NCBI GenBank assembly: GCA_041650895.1
Contig: JBAZKF010000001.1
Coordinates: forward strand, 765,181 to 829,180
Length of the DNA: 64,000 nucleotides
Source: Patescibacteria group bacterium
Lineage (GTDB): Bacteria > Patescibacteriota > Patescibacteriia > 2-01-FULL-39-33
Direction of reading: 5' to 3'
Shown: positions 41,001-50,636 of the stretch, in pieces
Numbering within the stretch: the first letter of the stretch is position 1
Layout: every line of letters begins with the position of its first letter
Position numbers and translations under genes: made by a program
Notes under the pieces: model-generated
The model's database searches: none
What the model was told of the DNA's origin: nothing
Seen by the model: the letters and a program-made list of their open reading frames with translations, nothing else

Positions 41001-44000
41001 TCAGAGCTGTAAAGATGAGGACAATCTGCCTTCACCGACCCCTTCGGACAAATGGACGATAGTTATTCCCGGAGTAACTAACTCAGACGCCTGTTTAAAC
41101 GCCGCAATTTCAGCTAGGTTCAATCGACCAATGGATAAAAGGTCATTAACTGAAATAGATTCAGTGGCGCCGGGTTGGAAAAATTTGAAGATTTATAAAA
41201 AAGATAGTGCCGGAGATTGGCAGTCGGTAGTGCCCAATGGTTCTTTTGGTTCTTATGCCAGTCGCGATTTTGGCAGTCCTGATTTGTTTGATTATTTTGA
41301 ATTCATGCCTCAAAGCTTGGAGCCTGATGCCGATTATAAAATAATGCTTACTAACGGGGTTGTCAGTTATGAAGGATTTCCTCTATATATAGATAATCAG
41401 GCGTTGCAGTCATCAGGTTGCGATGATCCGGTAAGATTTCCCAATGCTGCTTTCTGTTGGAACTTCCATACTCGCAGTCAAAGTGATAATGATAAATATT
41501 GTCGCGTTGGTTGTGTGCACTGCTCGCCGCAGAATTTTGTTAATCGTTATTATGGCCAAGAGCGGCCACATAAATCCGATATTGTTAGCGAGGATAATGT
41601 TTGTATCATACTCAATGCCGACACCTATAATTGGAGCTGGCAGGAAGAGGAGCAGACTAATGATGCTTGGAGTAGGGGGACGATTAATTATTCCATCGTT
41701 AATGATTTTGTCAGATCAAAAGCCACCTCTACGGCGCAAAAAGAAACTGATTGGCGGACTTATCAGGATGCCCTATTTACTTCTTCCGATAAGAGTTATT
41801 TTAGGATTGCCAGTATAGAGTTGACCACCAGCAATCAAGGCTCTTGCCCGGGTCATAATAATTTTACCGATCCGATCGTTGTAGAGAATCCTATTTGTAG
41901 CGTGGGTGATAATGGCCTGGTTGGAAAGTTACAAAGCCCCTCGCCGTTTAGGGGTACCACCACCCCGGCTTGCATTAATGCTTCATTGATGGCGTTATTT
42001 AGCCGTAACATGGTAAACGCTACCTTAGACAAGTCACGTATCAAAGTGCAAAAATGCACCGGAACAGATGCCGCCGGCAATGTGTTGTCCACTAACCTAA
42101 ACGCCTGCGCCGATGTTGATTTTAGTAAATGGCAATTGGACATGTTTAATTATAGCCATAATGATTTGTCTTGGCAGGAGACTTTCAGCGCATCAGCCGA
42201 AGAATACGATTCTCTCGCAGCCGAAGGCATTCGCTTGAGTCCATTTAATGCTAACGGGCCCACCCGGCTTGATCCCAATACTTTTTATCGTGTTATAATT
42301 TTAGGTGGTGATAATGGTGTCAGGGGAGCTAAAAGCCAACAGGGCACTAATGAAATAAAAGAAGGCATTTTGCAAACGCCGTCCTTGGGTGATAATTATT
42401 TTAGCGACGGGCAAAATGATTATTTTTGGTATTTTTTGACGGGCGCGGTTGATTGTCCGATTGATTTTGTCGGTGTTTTGCCCCAGAGAAAACTAATGAG
42501 GTACGCCGATGAGAGTCAGATTTATATTGCTGATCCGCAGCATAACTGTCAGCACTTGAATCCTTACTTGTATGCCTGGCAATGGAGTTCACTGCTCAAT
42601 TTGAGTGATGAGAATACGACTTGCAATGCCACTACCGGTAATACGGTGGCGCAGATTTGTCCTTCCACCAGTGTCAGCGCTTGCGCTACGTACGCCGGTA
42701 CTGCTCCAACAGTGAAAGTATTTGGAAAAAGCGAGGGTTTTGTTAATGTCAAAGTCAGGGCCGTGGGATCGGCTCCAGCCGGAGGAACTTGTTCTTCCGA
42801 TAAATGGGGTCGAGGCGAACTACAAATCGGTTATGGCGGATTTAAAGTAGTTAATCCGACTAATGATGCTTGTTTGAATACCGAGATTAGGTTTAAATTT
42901 ACTACTGATGCCATCAGTGCCAGCTTAAGAGGGAATGATAATATACTTCTGTATAAATGTGCTGTCGGCGATGCGGCCTGCGCTATCAGCGACGCTTATC
43001 AACCTATTAGTTTACTTTATCCCATTTCGACTGAACAACAGTTCACTAATGAAGTCGTATTGCAAGCCAATGATCTGTTAACCGCGGCCACTCCTTATCG
43101 TGTCGTGGTTCGGGGCGGGCCACAGGGGCCGGTATCTTTTGCCAACTCCCAATTAGGTGGCCTGAATTACGCCACTAGTCAAGGTAAGGGTAGCGAGCAA
43201 TGCGATCCTACAGTTTATCCTTTCCGTTTAGGTGATCCTTATAACGGTCTTTGCGATGCTACTACCTGTTTAATCAAAAAAGGTGAAAATTTGTGCGATA
43301 CGTCTTTGGCCGAGTGTTCGGCTCAAGATGCGGCTTTAGTCGCTTATTATAAATTTACTGCCGGGAGTAGTTTAAGTGACAGCTCTGGCCATAATTATGT
43401 TTTGCGATCGGCTGGCACTACCGCTGTTTCTTTTGTTGGTAGTCCCTTCGGTCAAGCGCCCAAATTTGTTGGCACGGCTGGGCAGACTGCTTTGGAAGCG
43501 GTGAGTTCAGCTGGTTTAATCAGCCAATTGGAAAACAGTAGTCCTTTGACGGTTTCAGCTTGGGTCAGATTGGATAACGGAGTTTTGGGCAGATCTGACA
43601 CCGATGATTCTCGCGGCTTGGGCGTAATCGCTTCAACTTACAAATATGGCGGCGATATTTCTTCACAGTTCAGGGGTTGGACCTTGGGCGATGACTGGGG
43701 TTGTTCCTTGCGTTGGGGATGTCCGGCGCCTGATGAAATATTTTTCCAGATTTTTGATAATAACGGTCAGCGTGCCGTTGTAACTTATCGCGATTTTTTC
43801 CGCAATTACGGCAGTAAGTGGACGCTAGTTACGGGTGTCTTTGTCCCGGGAGATAGTGTTAAGTTATATATTAATGGCCAGGAAGCGGGGAGTGTAAAAA
43901 CTTCAATTTCTGCCGTCGCTTACGATTCTGCTACGCCATTAAGAATCGGCCAGCGCGCTGATTATTTGGACCAGGGACAATGGGATGGTTTGGTTGATGA

Positions 44001-47000
44001 GTTAAAAGTTTATAATCGTGTTTTATCGGCGGAGGAAATCAACAAACTGTATTCGTCCGGCGATTATTGCGATCAACTTTGCCGCGCTAAAGGTAATTCC
44101 AATTTAGCATCTTGTGGCAATAAATCAGTTGAGCCGGGCGAAGATTGCGATGATGGTAATATTAAAAATAATGACGGATGTTCCTCAGTCTGTTTGTGGG
44201 AAGGCGCCAATGCACGTTGGAATTCCCGCTGTGGCAATGGCCGAATTGAATATGGCGAACAGTGCGATGACGGCAATATTAATTCTGGCGACGGTTGCGA
44301 TTCCAAATGCTTGTATGAAACTGGTTATGCTGCCGGAACCAGTAAATATAGCGCTCTTAATTGTTCTGATAATAATATTAGTACAACTACAGTGACAGTC
44401 AGTGAACGCCCCGTCGTTGCTTCCAAGATTTGTTTTAAGAATTCCGCGGGCTGTACTGAGAATTGTTTGCATACTGGCTCTGCGCCGAACGCACCAGTGT
44501 GCGGTAATGGCCAAATAGAAATCGGGGAAGAATGCGATGATGGTTTAGGAAGAAACGGAATCGGTCAGCGTTGCGGTCCTATTTGTTTACTTAACTCGGC
44601 CGAAGGAAGCGGTACTTGTCAGAATAATAAATTAGATAGCGCTTCCCTAGACAGTTATTCTTGGACCTTCCAACTAGATCAGAACGTCCAATATTGCGAA
44701 CCATTTGCTATTGGTTTGAATCCGTGTCCCAACGGTATTTGGCAATTCCATCCGGCTAAGGATGTTAGTGCATTCACTATAACTTTATACAAAGGATATA
44801 ACGGCAGCGCCAAACCAAGCGTTGACTGTGTTGCCGCTAATAGTTTAGGCTTTTGGCAACGCACTATTAAACAATTAGTGTCGTTTGTTAAACACATGTT
44901 TGGTTTGCGTTCAGTTATGGCTGCTGATTATTGGTGCAAGCTTTCAGAAAAGTCCTTTGATTCCATTGACCTACAGCAAATGCGCTGGGGTAATTTTCAG
45001 GATAGCGCCAGTTTTACCACCAAGGAGGGAATCACGAATAATCTGGAAATAATCGGTTACTCCGTTGATAATGACAGTTATGAGTTAAATTATATTAACA
45101 AGGACAATAATTGGGAAGCTAATACCGAGTATCGCGCTGTGGCTAGTTACGTCAAGTCTAAAGTTAATGCTACTACTTCGGCTACGGTTTTGACTTTTGC
45201 CGCCGCTTGCCCGATAAAAAGAGTTACTGCTAATGTTTGGCCGAAAGGCAGTGAAAAATCGGTTGACTCCTTTTTGTGCAATTCTGATTCAGATAATGGC
45301 CAACCCGATAATTGCGGCCGTTATTCCGACGATCCTTACGATGATGATATGTCGGCAGCTTGGACCGGCGATCCCAGTCAAAGTGGCTACAATTTAGATG
45401 CTAATGGCGCTCCGAGCGCGAGCAACCAAGATTATAAATCAGGCAACCAGCATTTATATCGCGCTTGGGCCAGGGATACCCATGATTATCCCTTACGCGC
45501 GACTTTTTATTGGGATTTGGTCAACTTCAATACAGACATGGCTTTTTCCAATATTGATTATACCAGTAATAACAGCTTTGATATCTGGATGACCGCTGGA
45601 AAAATAATGGGTAAGAGCGTTTTATCCATCGGCGCAATCGATAGAAGTGCGGCCAATAACCGTAGCGTAGGCGCGGCGACTGGCACTATGTCTATCATGA
45701 ATGTAGAATGCGGTAATCCTTGGCCGTCACCACAATATTTCCCCTTTGAGGATACTAATGTCAATTGTAAAGATACTGATAGCGGCAGTTGCATTAATAC
45801 TAATTTCTGGACTTGGTATTGCCGAGACAGGGGAATTATTAATGTTTGCGTGATGGGTGATAATACCGGTAAAGTCTGTCGAACACAAAGCGATTGTTTT
45901 GCCAATGGCCAATATGTGGAGGGTAGTTGCCGTTTGTATCAAGACGATGATTTACCGTCGATCGGTGATTTTACCTATGATAGCGCTACTAGTATTATTA
46001 AGCCGAAGACGGCAGTGGTGATAGGCAGTCAGGATAATACCTGCGCTAATTTGCCCAATGCTTTTGTACCTAAATTCGGTTATTTCAATAATGAAGATAG
46101 TAAACTTTATTTATGGAACAGTAAGGCCGAGGTTTATGCCAGAGAAAGCATTACCGGCGGAGAGAGTTGGCAAAAGATTGATAAAGCGTCCTGGCAAACG
46201 TCCGGTTTGCCTGCTAACTTTAAACCAATCTTGGGCTACTACTATAAAGATAGTAATAGTAATTGTACTGCAGAGCCAGTCCAATTATGGGATGCCGTTG
46301 GAAAATATTTAGTATTAAAGAACGGCCAATGGATAGAAGGCAGTAAATATGTTGGACCAAAAGACAGTCTGCCGGCTAGTTTTCATCCTATTGCCGCTTA
46401 CACTTATACCTTAACGATAAGTGGCAGCAGAAAGACTTATTTAGAAGTGATGGATGTGAATGGCAGTTATGCCTATTGGCAACAGCCCAACTCATGCAAT
46501 AATGCTAATGATTTTGCGCGTTGGTCGGAAATAAAGAAAAAAGAGACCCGTGGCTTACCGGCTGATTTCAAGTTAGCGACCGCTTATAGTTCTGGTAATG
46601 TTTTGCATATTTGGAGTGTCCGAGGCGATCATTATAGAGCAGATGCCACGGGTAGCGGATTTATCTTTAATAAAGACGACTCAGTCAAACCGGGTTTAAT
46701 TTCTGATTTTAAACCGGTTATTGCTTATTATGATAACGCTTACGCCGGTCTGAGTAATCCGGCTGAAGTCATTTCGGACGGCCAGTTTTATTATTATAAA
46801 ACTGGTAGCACCTGGGATCGGTTTACTTTGCAAGAAAAAGATTGCGACTCTAAAGTCAAGGAGTTTCTCTTTACCCGCAGTACTACTGCCTCTGCCGCCG
46901 CTGAAGCGCAAATTTATTTGATGGCCAAAGATGCTGATTTTAGCGACGTTAATTCCGTTTGTGGCGCTGATATTAATTGCCAGCCGCAAGTTTGGACCGA

Positions 47001-50000
47001 CGGCAGTACGGTGCAAATGAACGCTAATTACAGCGGTTTGAAATTCAATTTTGATGTTAAATCGAAAGGCAAATATTATGTTTTCATTCAAACCTCTGAC
47101 AGTGTCAGAGATTTACCCAATATAGTACAAAATGTTGATTTAAAAGTGGATAATAACCCAACTTCAACCAATAGTATTGAAGCCAGCGCTCCCAGTGATC
47201 AGCAAACAACTCGTTTTGGCACGACCGCAGGTGATGCCTATGAATTGGAACGCGGTTTCCATAGCGTGTTGGTTCGTTGGACTAATGATACTCCGGCTGG
47301 ATCAGCTGATGATTCCAACTTCCGTTTGTATAACGTCCGGTTAGTTAAACAGGAATCGGCCGATTTATTGGATGCCATCGGTATTAGGGTGTATGACAAT
47401 AACAGTCATTATTCCCCGATTCGCTGGTATGCCGATCGTTTTGGCGGCAAAGATGCTAATCCGAAGTCTTTGTTGGTTGACGGTTATCAGGCGATTTCTG
47501 ACGGCCGAACGGTTTATGTAGCGGCGGCTGATTTGAATGATGGCGCCAATAAGGCTTACAGCAGTGTCTATTTGATGTCTTATAATTTGAATGCCAACCA
47601 GTCAACAGTAAATATTTTTAACCAGTTGGTGGGTAATTGGGAATTCAATGTCGGCGATAATACGACAGTAGGACATGAAGGTGGTTTGTATTATAACGAT
47701 GCGAGCAGTAACTTGCAAAGTTGTGATAACAATCCGTCTGGTTCGGATTATTGCTTGACTGACATTGACTGTTTAAAGCGCGGCCAGAATTATTGTCTGT
47801 CACAAAAAGCAAAATTGATTCGTGACACCAATCGCTTAGCCGATGTACAAGAGATAAACGTTAAATTGAAGAGCTACTACGATCAAACTCGTTGCAGTAA
47901 TGATTCAACCAAAGCATGTAAGACTACGGCCGATTGTTTTGGTAGCGGTGTTTGCGGAAATTATTACCCCAATTTGAAATCAGGCACTTATATTGCGAGT
48001 AAATCTTACAGTGCTTGGCCGTCTTGGCAACAAACTTTAGCCGCGGCCTTAGGCGGTAATCTTCCGGTTGATCCGATTAATAAATTTTTCGGCTGTAGTA
48101 GCCCCGCTTCCTCAGGAACTTGCTGGAATGAGGATGCCAAGGCTATGACTTGCCCCTCACCTGCTTCCGCAGTCTATTCTTACGCAGTAGCGGATTCCGG
48201 CAATTCGATTATTTTATCAGTCAAACAAGAGTTCAGTAATAATCCTAATATTTGGCAGCCATCATGGCGTTTAGTGCCGGGACTGATGTATTACAATAAT
48301 GCCTCAGGATTAAGGCAGAATCCCTTTGAGTCTTATTTAGTTTCTGGTATGTGCGAGGTATTGCTTCCAACTTGTGGCAACGGTCGAACGGATACAGGAG
48401 AGAATTGCTCCAATTGTTATTTAGATAACGCTTGCTCAATTCTTAAGTCCTGCCAGAATCAAGGTGGTAATTGGGGTTGTTATGATATAACCAACTGCGG
48501 AAATGGCATTAAGGATCCAGGCGAGGATTGCGATGGCGGGGTTGGTTGCACTAGCTGCCGATGTGATAACGGTTATAATTGTTCCGGTCAAACGCCATTT
48601 CCTGTTTGCGGTGATGGCTTAATCAGGGGTGATGAAACTTGCGAATTTGATCCGGCTACAGGTAAGGCGTTTTGCGAAGCGACGGCTGGTTCTGGTTGTT
48701 GCTGTCGTTATCCTACCGACCCTGGCTGTAGCGGCTTTTGCCAATGCAAACCTGGTTATAATTGTTCCAGTCAGACAGCGGTGACAAATTGCGGCAATGG
48801 CATTAAGGAGCCGGGTGAAAGTTGCGATTGCGGTAACACCGGCTATACGCCTTTGCCGAAGCCGGCGTTTAATATTTTTGAGTGTTTGACAAACAATGGC
48901 GATAATAATCAACTCTATTCCAATTCAAGAAAAGGCGACAGCTATCAATCATGTTCAATTGATTGCCAGGCAGTAGCCAGCGTAAAGTTCGCTTATTGCG
49001 GTGATGGTATAATTAACGGCAGCGAGCAATGTGATTCTAGCCAATGTTGCGATAGGTCCTGTAATTGGATTATAGAAAATAAACCAGATGATGATCAGCC
49101 GGGAATAACCACTAAATGCAATGGTGATATTTCTCAGAATATCGGCGAGTGCGCTATCGGTTACCAGTGGATATCAAGAATTGGTTGCGAACCTCGAGTG
49201 GGGCAAATTTGCAATGAAGCGGGCAACTGCCAATGCGATACAGCTAATAATTTTATTGATCAAAACCCCGATCCTAATTTGGCCGTGTGCGTTTGTAAAA
49301 CCGGTTATGTGTTGCAAGGCAATATTTGCAAAGCCATACCGCTAGGCCAGAAATGCCAAGATTTGGAGAATTCCGTGTCCCTGGGCAATGGTACTTGCAC
49401 TACTTGTCAAGAATGGTGTAATTTAAGCGAAAACCCTGGCGGTAGTGTTGTTCATCCGAATTATTATTTTTATTTAGAGCATCCTGGGTTTATCTGGCCG
49501 GTAAATGTTGACCCCTGCCAACAGAGCATAGTTAAAGGTGATGCTTGTTCCGTCCCGAGTACTTGGTCTTGCGAACGTTCCCTGGCTAATTCTTGTTCAG
49601 ACTATTCTGCTTGCAAAACAGAAATAAAATACGGTCCCTATTGTGGCAATAATATTTGGGATAGCCAATGGGAGACTAATAAAATTAACGACGAATCGGC
49701 CGATCCTACGGTCGATGGCAGTAATACTTATCCTAAGATTTCCAATTTAAGTTTCTGTTCTGATGCGCCAACTGGAAACCTATCTGATCCTAATTCTCCT
49801 TTAGATTGGAATTTGCCGGCTCAAACTGTCACTGATAATGTTAATGATTACATATTATGGAAGAGTAATGTTCCGCCCCAAGCCACGCAAAGCAGTTGGG
49901 AGGTGCATCTGTTGCCTTATCGTGGTGAATGTGTTTTGGGCAATTCTCTTTCGTTTGATAATGAGTTTTTGGGTTCTGTTACAGAAGAAGGTCCGTATCA

Positions 50001-50625
50001 AATAAGCGCCAAAGAAAAATATAGCAATAGCACTGAATCTTTACTTTTATTGTTTTTAAAGCCTTCAGGAATAGCTTGTTTTATGGCCAATTGGGATACG
50101 GATCGGGATTATAATTGTTGGTGGGGATGCCCGGGTGTACATTATCGAGCGGGTGAAACCATTTATAGTCCTGTAGGACGCAGCGATGGCAACGCCAGTA
50201 CGTTCACTATGAGTAACTCTTCCGGTTTCGCCTGCACTAATAACGGCGTGGTTACTAGCAATAATCAATTTTTGCTTTATGATAAAGATTGTAAGTTGAT
50301 TTCCGGCCAAACTCTTTCTAACGGGGCTTATACTAGTAACTTAAAATATCATCAGCCGGTTAAGATTAGATTTTTACGTGCTTATCAAGATGGTCAGAAT
50401 TATGTTATAGAAGACAAATGGTTGAGTATGGACAACGCGAGCAATCTAGTTACGGGAATGGCTGCTTCCACTGAGGATACCCAGGGATATACCGGCGCCA
50501 CTTTGTCTTCTTACAGTAGTTTTGCGGCTAAGCCATTAATCAACTGTACTAGCACTTGCAGTTCTATCGCTGGTTCCGCTAATTATTGTTTTGAATTCAG
50601 AAATCGCTGGGGTAATATTGAATAA
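38044..50625 (+). CDS. mega-protein (4193 aa): VirB2/TrbC-like pilin anchor + lamin-tail domain + LamG/ConA-like lectin + Myxococcus-type Cys-rich repeats + many Cys-rich/beta modules
   Basis: One uninterrupted 12.6-kb ORF. The LTD is 'EEWVEIYNPTASDISLDNWRIVYSG'. The LamG domain is 'LTVSAWVRLDN...LYINGQEAG...WDGLVDELKVYNRVLSAEEINKLY'. The Cys-rich repeats are of the form 'CGNGRIEYGEQCDDGNINSGDGC'. Confidence 0.8.
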   Translation: MPLKRKVQLKIVLSLLTLAVVFAVGNFALAQAPSAPTLESLSGVFGTASLGVIIGRILQVLFGLLGVVVVLLIIYGGFIWMTAGGDPDKVNKAKKTIYNAIIGLVIIFSAFAITSFLMYWFNPQSQACNPDDIRSCSSGGCSGQQICGDDRIWGSCAQTDPNCVPNCIGVDCLFDATKKRATICEFSDPAFPNWLPQRRSRECSIGFFGSVQVPKSPTLQVRVYSYNSEDTISDLSLFDLKNSTETQIGAVNVSSQTVTINGQQYNAASTTFPWDTFSVEYRDLTSTTLRSFANSKSYYSNKVQIKFSPDHCFNGKKDADEQGIDCGGGCTQNCPDFPCTRPENLVCDDVNCTNYCGANCYCVGNPTISWVDPSFDINSDSDLSSISTLDDDIGYGASGNYLTIYGRGFGQIVGEVRFVAKGDGVVILARLADCVTAWQDNKIIIEVPAGLNSVNDLPANYDIEVINKTKPQMPLTSNTWSFLANNIKLPGLCLIDPTSGIFPTAVDLNGRGFTADGASKVIWYIRNVGVNFGNLIGITSTAATSWTSTAVKDIVPENKRGSSAVKVYNKGYSNSVLFNIGNGSEGDPCGENIGSDPAVCLASSEDCKNNLSCQGCSNRVEDIGKWFYRADCDMGKNCTCQKSVGQECVYNSDPEQNAITGCDLGGCLGKRTCRADNTWGTCVKEDPNCVSYLGVTPASLGLYSWSFLASLAPQSGRRCLSDLWHDGTCDPQNCGSNLGCDTTKSDEEWVEIYNPTASDISLDNWRIVYSGKQESVDDLLNDGSAVTYYIPRGVTLKVGDYFVVSTSTLSPSNNFKLNKNQGTIAFVKDQEDEVADVVVYGSSTVAFSPGSWGRKVDGLDTGSVSDFIYFSNSSAGQENAVGKSSSTDHLVINEISLAHDACTCVPKTQLCTPNQVDLKSCPVLGNCKQQRVCQTSGHWGGCEPLPNQVCYPTGQQASLSLYSWTFLATHELGPKKFYVVVDCSRNQSCKDEDNLPSPTPSDKWTIVIPGVTNSDACLNAAISARFNRPMDKRSLTEIDSVAPGWKNLKIYKKDSAGDWQSVVPNGSFGSYASRDFGSPDLFDYFEFMPQSLEPDADYKIMLTNGVVSYEGFPLYIDNQALQSSGCDDPVRFPNAAFCWNFHTRSQSDNDKYCRVGCVHCSPQNFVNRYYGQERPHKSDIVSEDNVCIILNADTYNWSWQEEEQTNDAWSRGTINYSIVNDFVRSKATSTAQKETDWRTYQDALFTSSDKSYFRIASIELTTSNQGSCPGHNNFTDPIVVENPICSVGDNGLVGKLQSPSPFRGTTTPACINASLMALFSRNMVNATLDKSRIKVQKCTGTDAAGNVLSTNLNACADVDFSKWQLDMFNYSHNDLSWQETFSASAEEYDSLAAEGIRLSPFNANGPTRLDPNTFYRVIILGGDNGVRGAKSQQGTNEIKEGILQTPSLGDNYFSDGQNDYFWYFLTGAVDCPIDFVGVLPQRKLMRYADESQIYIADPQHNCQHLNPYLYAWQWSSLLNLSDENTTCNATTGNTVAQICPSTSVSACATYAGTAPTVKVFGKSEGFVNVKVRAVGSAPAGGTCSSDKWGRGELQIGYGGFKVVNPTNDACLNTEIRFKFTTDAISASLRGNDNILLYKCAVGDAACAISDAYQPISLLYPISTEQQFTNEVVLQANDLLTAATPYRVVVRGGPQGPVSFANSQLGGLNYATSQGKGSEQCDPTVYPFRLGDPYNGLCDATTCLIKKGENLCDTSLAECSAQDAALVAYYKFTAGSSLSDSSGHNYVLRSAGTTAVSFVGSPFGQAPKFVGTAGQTALEAVSSAGLISQLENSSPLTVSAWVRLDNGVLGRSDTDDSRGLGVIASTYKYGGDISSQFRGWTLGDDWGCSLRWGCPAPDEIFFQIFDNNGQRAVVTYRDFFRNYGSKWTLVTGVFVPGDSVKLYINGQEAGSVKTSISAVAYDSATPLRIGQRADYLDQGQWDGLVDELKVYNRVLSAEEINKLYSSGDYCDQLCRAKGNSNLASCGNKSVEPGEDCDDGNIKNNDGCSSVCLWEGANARWNSRCGNGRIEYGEQCDDGNINSGDGCDSKCLYETGYAAGTSKYSALNCSDNNISTTTVTVSERPVVASKICFKNSAGCTENCLHTGSAPNAPVCGNGQIEIGEECDDGLGRNGIGQRCGPICLLNSAEGSGTCQNNKLDSASLDSYSWTFQLDQNVQYCEPFAIGLNPCPNGIWQFHPAKDVSAFTITLYKGYNGSAKPSVDCVAANSLGFWQRTIKQLVSFVKHMFGLRSVMAADYWCKLSEKSFDSIDLQQMRWGNFQDSASFTTKEGITNNLEIIGYSVDNDSYELNYINKDNNWEANTEYRAVASYVKSKVNATTSATVLTFAAACPIKRVTANVWPKGSEKSVDSFLCNSDSDNGQPDNCGRYSDDPYDDDMSAAWTGDPSQSGYNLDANGAPSASNQDYKSGNQHLYRAWARDTHDYPLRATFYWDLVNFNTDMAFSNIDYTSNNSFDIWMTAGKIMGKSVLSIGAIDRSAANNRSVGAATGTMSIMNVECGNPWPSPQYFPFEDTNVNCKDTDSGSCINTNFWTWYCRDRGIINVCVMGDNTGKVCRTQSDCFANGQYVEGSCRLYQDDDLPSIGDFTYDSATSIIKPKTAVVIGSQDNTCANLPNAFVPKFGYFNNEDSKLYLWNSKAEVYARESITGGESWQKIDKASWQTSGLPANFKPILGYYYKDSNSNCTAEPVQLWDAVGKYLVLKNGQWIEGSKYVGPKDSLPASFHPIAAYTYTLTISGSRKTYLEVMDVNGSYAYWQQPNSCNNANDFARWSEIKKKETRGLPADFKLATAYSSGNVLHIWSVRGDHYRADATGSGFIFNKDDSVKPGLISDFKPVIAYYDNAYAGLSNPAEVISDGQFYYYKTGSTWDRFTLQEKDCDSKVKEFLFTRSTTASAAAEAQIYLMAKDADFSDVNSVCGADINCQPQVWTDGSTVQMNANYSGLKFNFDVKSKGKYYVFIQTSDSVRDLPNIVQNVDLKVDNNPTSTNSIEASAPSDQQTTRFGTTAGDAYELERGFHSVLVRWTNDTPAGSADDSNFRLYNVRLVKQESADLLDAIGIRVYDNNSHYSPIRWYADRFGGKDANPKSLLVDGYQAISDGRTVYVAAADLNDGANKAYSSVYLMSYNLNANQSTVNIFNQLVGNWEFNVGDNTTVGHEGGLYYNDASSNLQSCDNNPSGSDYCLTDIDCLKRGQNYCLSQKAKLIRDTNRLADVQEINVKLKSYYDQTRCSNDSTKACKTTADCFGSGVCGNYYPNLKSGTYIASKSYSAWPSWQQTLAAALGGNLPVDPINKFFGCSSPASSGTCWNEDAKAMTCPSPASAVYSYAVADSGNSIILSVKQEFSNNPNIWQPSWRLVPGLMYYNNASGLRQNPFESYLVSGMCEVLLPTCGNGRTDTGENCSNCYLDNACSILKSCQNQGGNWGCYDITNCGNGIKDPGEDCDGGVGCTSCRCDNGYNCSGQTPFPVCGDGLIRGDETCEFDPATGKAFCEATAGSGCCCRYPTDPGCSGFCQCKPGYNCSSQTAVTNCGNGIKEPGESCDCGNTGYTPLPKPAFNIFECLTNNGDNNQLYSNSRKGDSYQSCSIDCQAVASVKFAYCGDGIINGSEQCDSSQCCDRSCNWIIENKPDDDQPGITTKCNGDISQNIGECAIGYQWISRIGCEPRVGQICNEAGNCQCDTANNFIDQNPDPNLAVCVCKTGYVLQGNICKAIPLGQKCQDLENSVSLGNGTCTTCQEWCNLSENPGGSVVHPNYYFYLEHPGFIWPVNVDPCQQSIVKGDACSVPSTWSCERSLANSCSDYSACKTEIKYGPYCGNNIWDSQWETNKINDESADPTVDGSNTYPKISNLSFCSDAPTGNLSDPNSPLDWNLPAQTVTDNVNDYILWKSNVPPQATQSSWEVHLLPYRGECVLGNSLSFDNEFLGSVTEEGPYQISAKEKYSNSTESLLLLFLKPSGIACFMANWDTDRDYNCWWGCPGVHYRAGETIYSPVGRSDGNASTFTMSNSSGFACTNNGVVTSNNQFLLYDKDCKLISGQTLSNGAYTSNLKYHQPVKIRFLRAYQDGQNYVIEDKWLSMDNASNLVTGMAASTEDTQGYTGATLSSYSSFAAKPLINCTSTCSSIAGSANYCFEFRNRWGNIE

Positions 50626-50636
50626 TAATACTTTTT

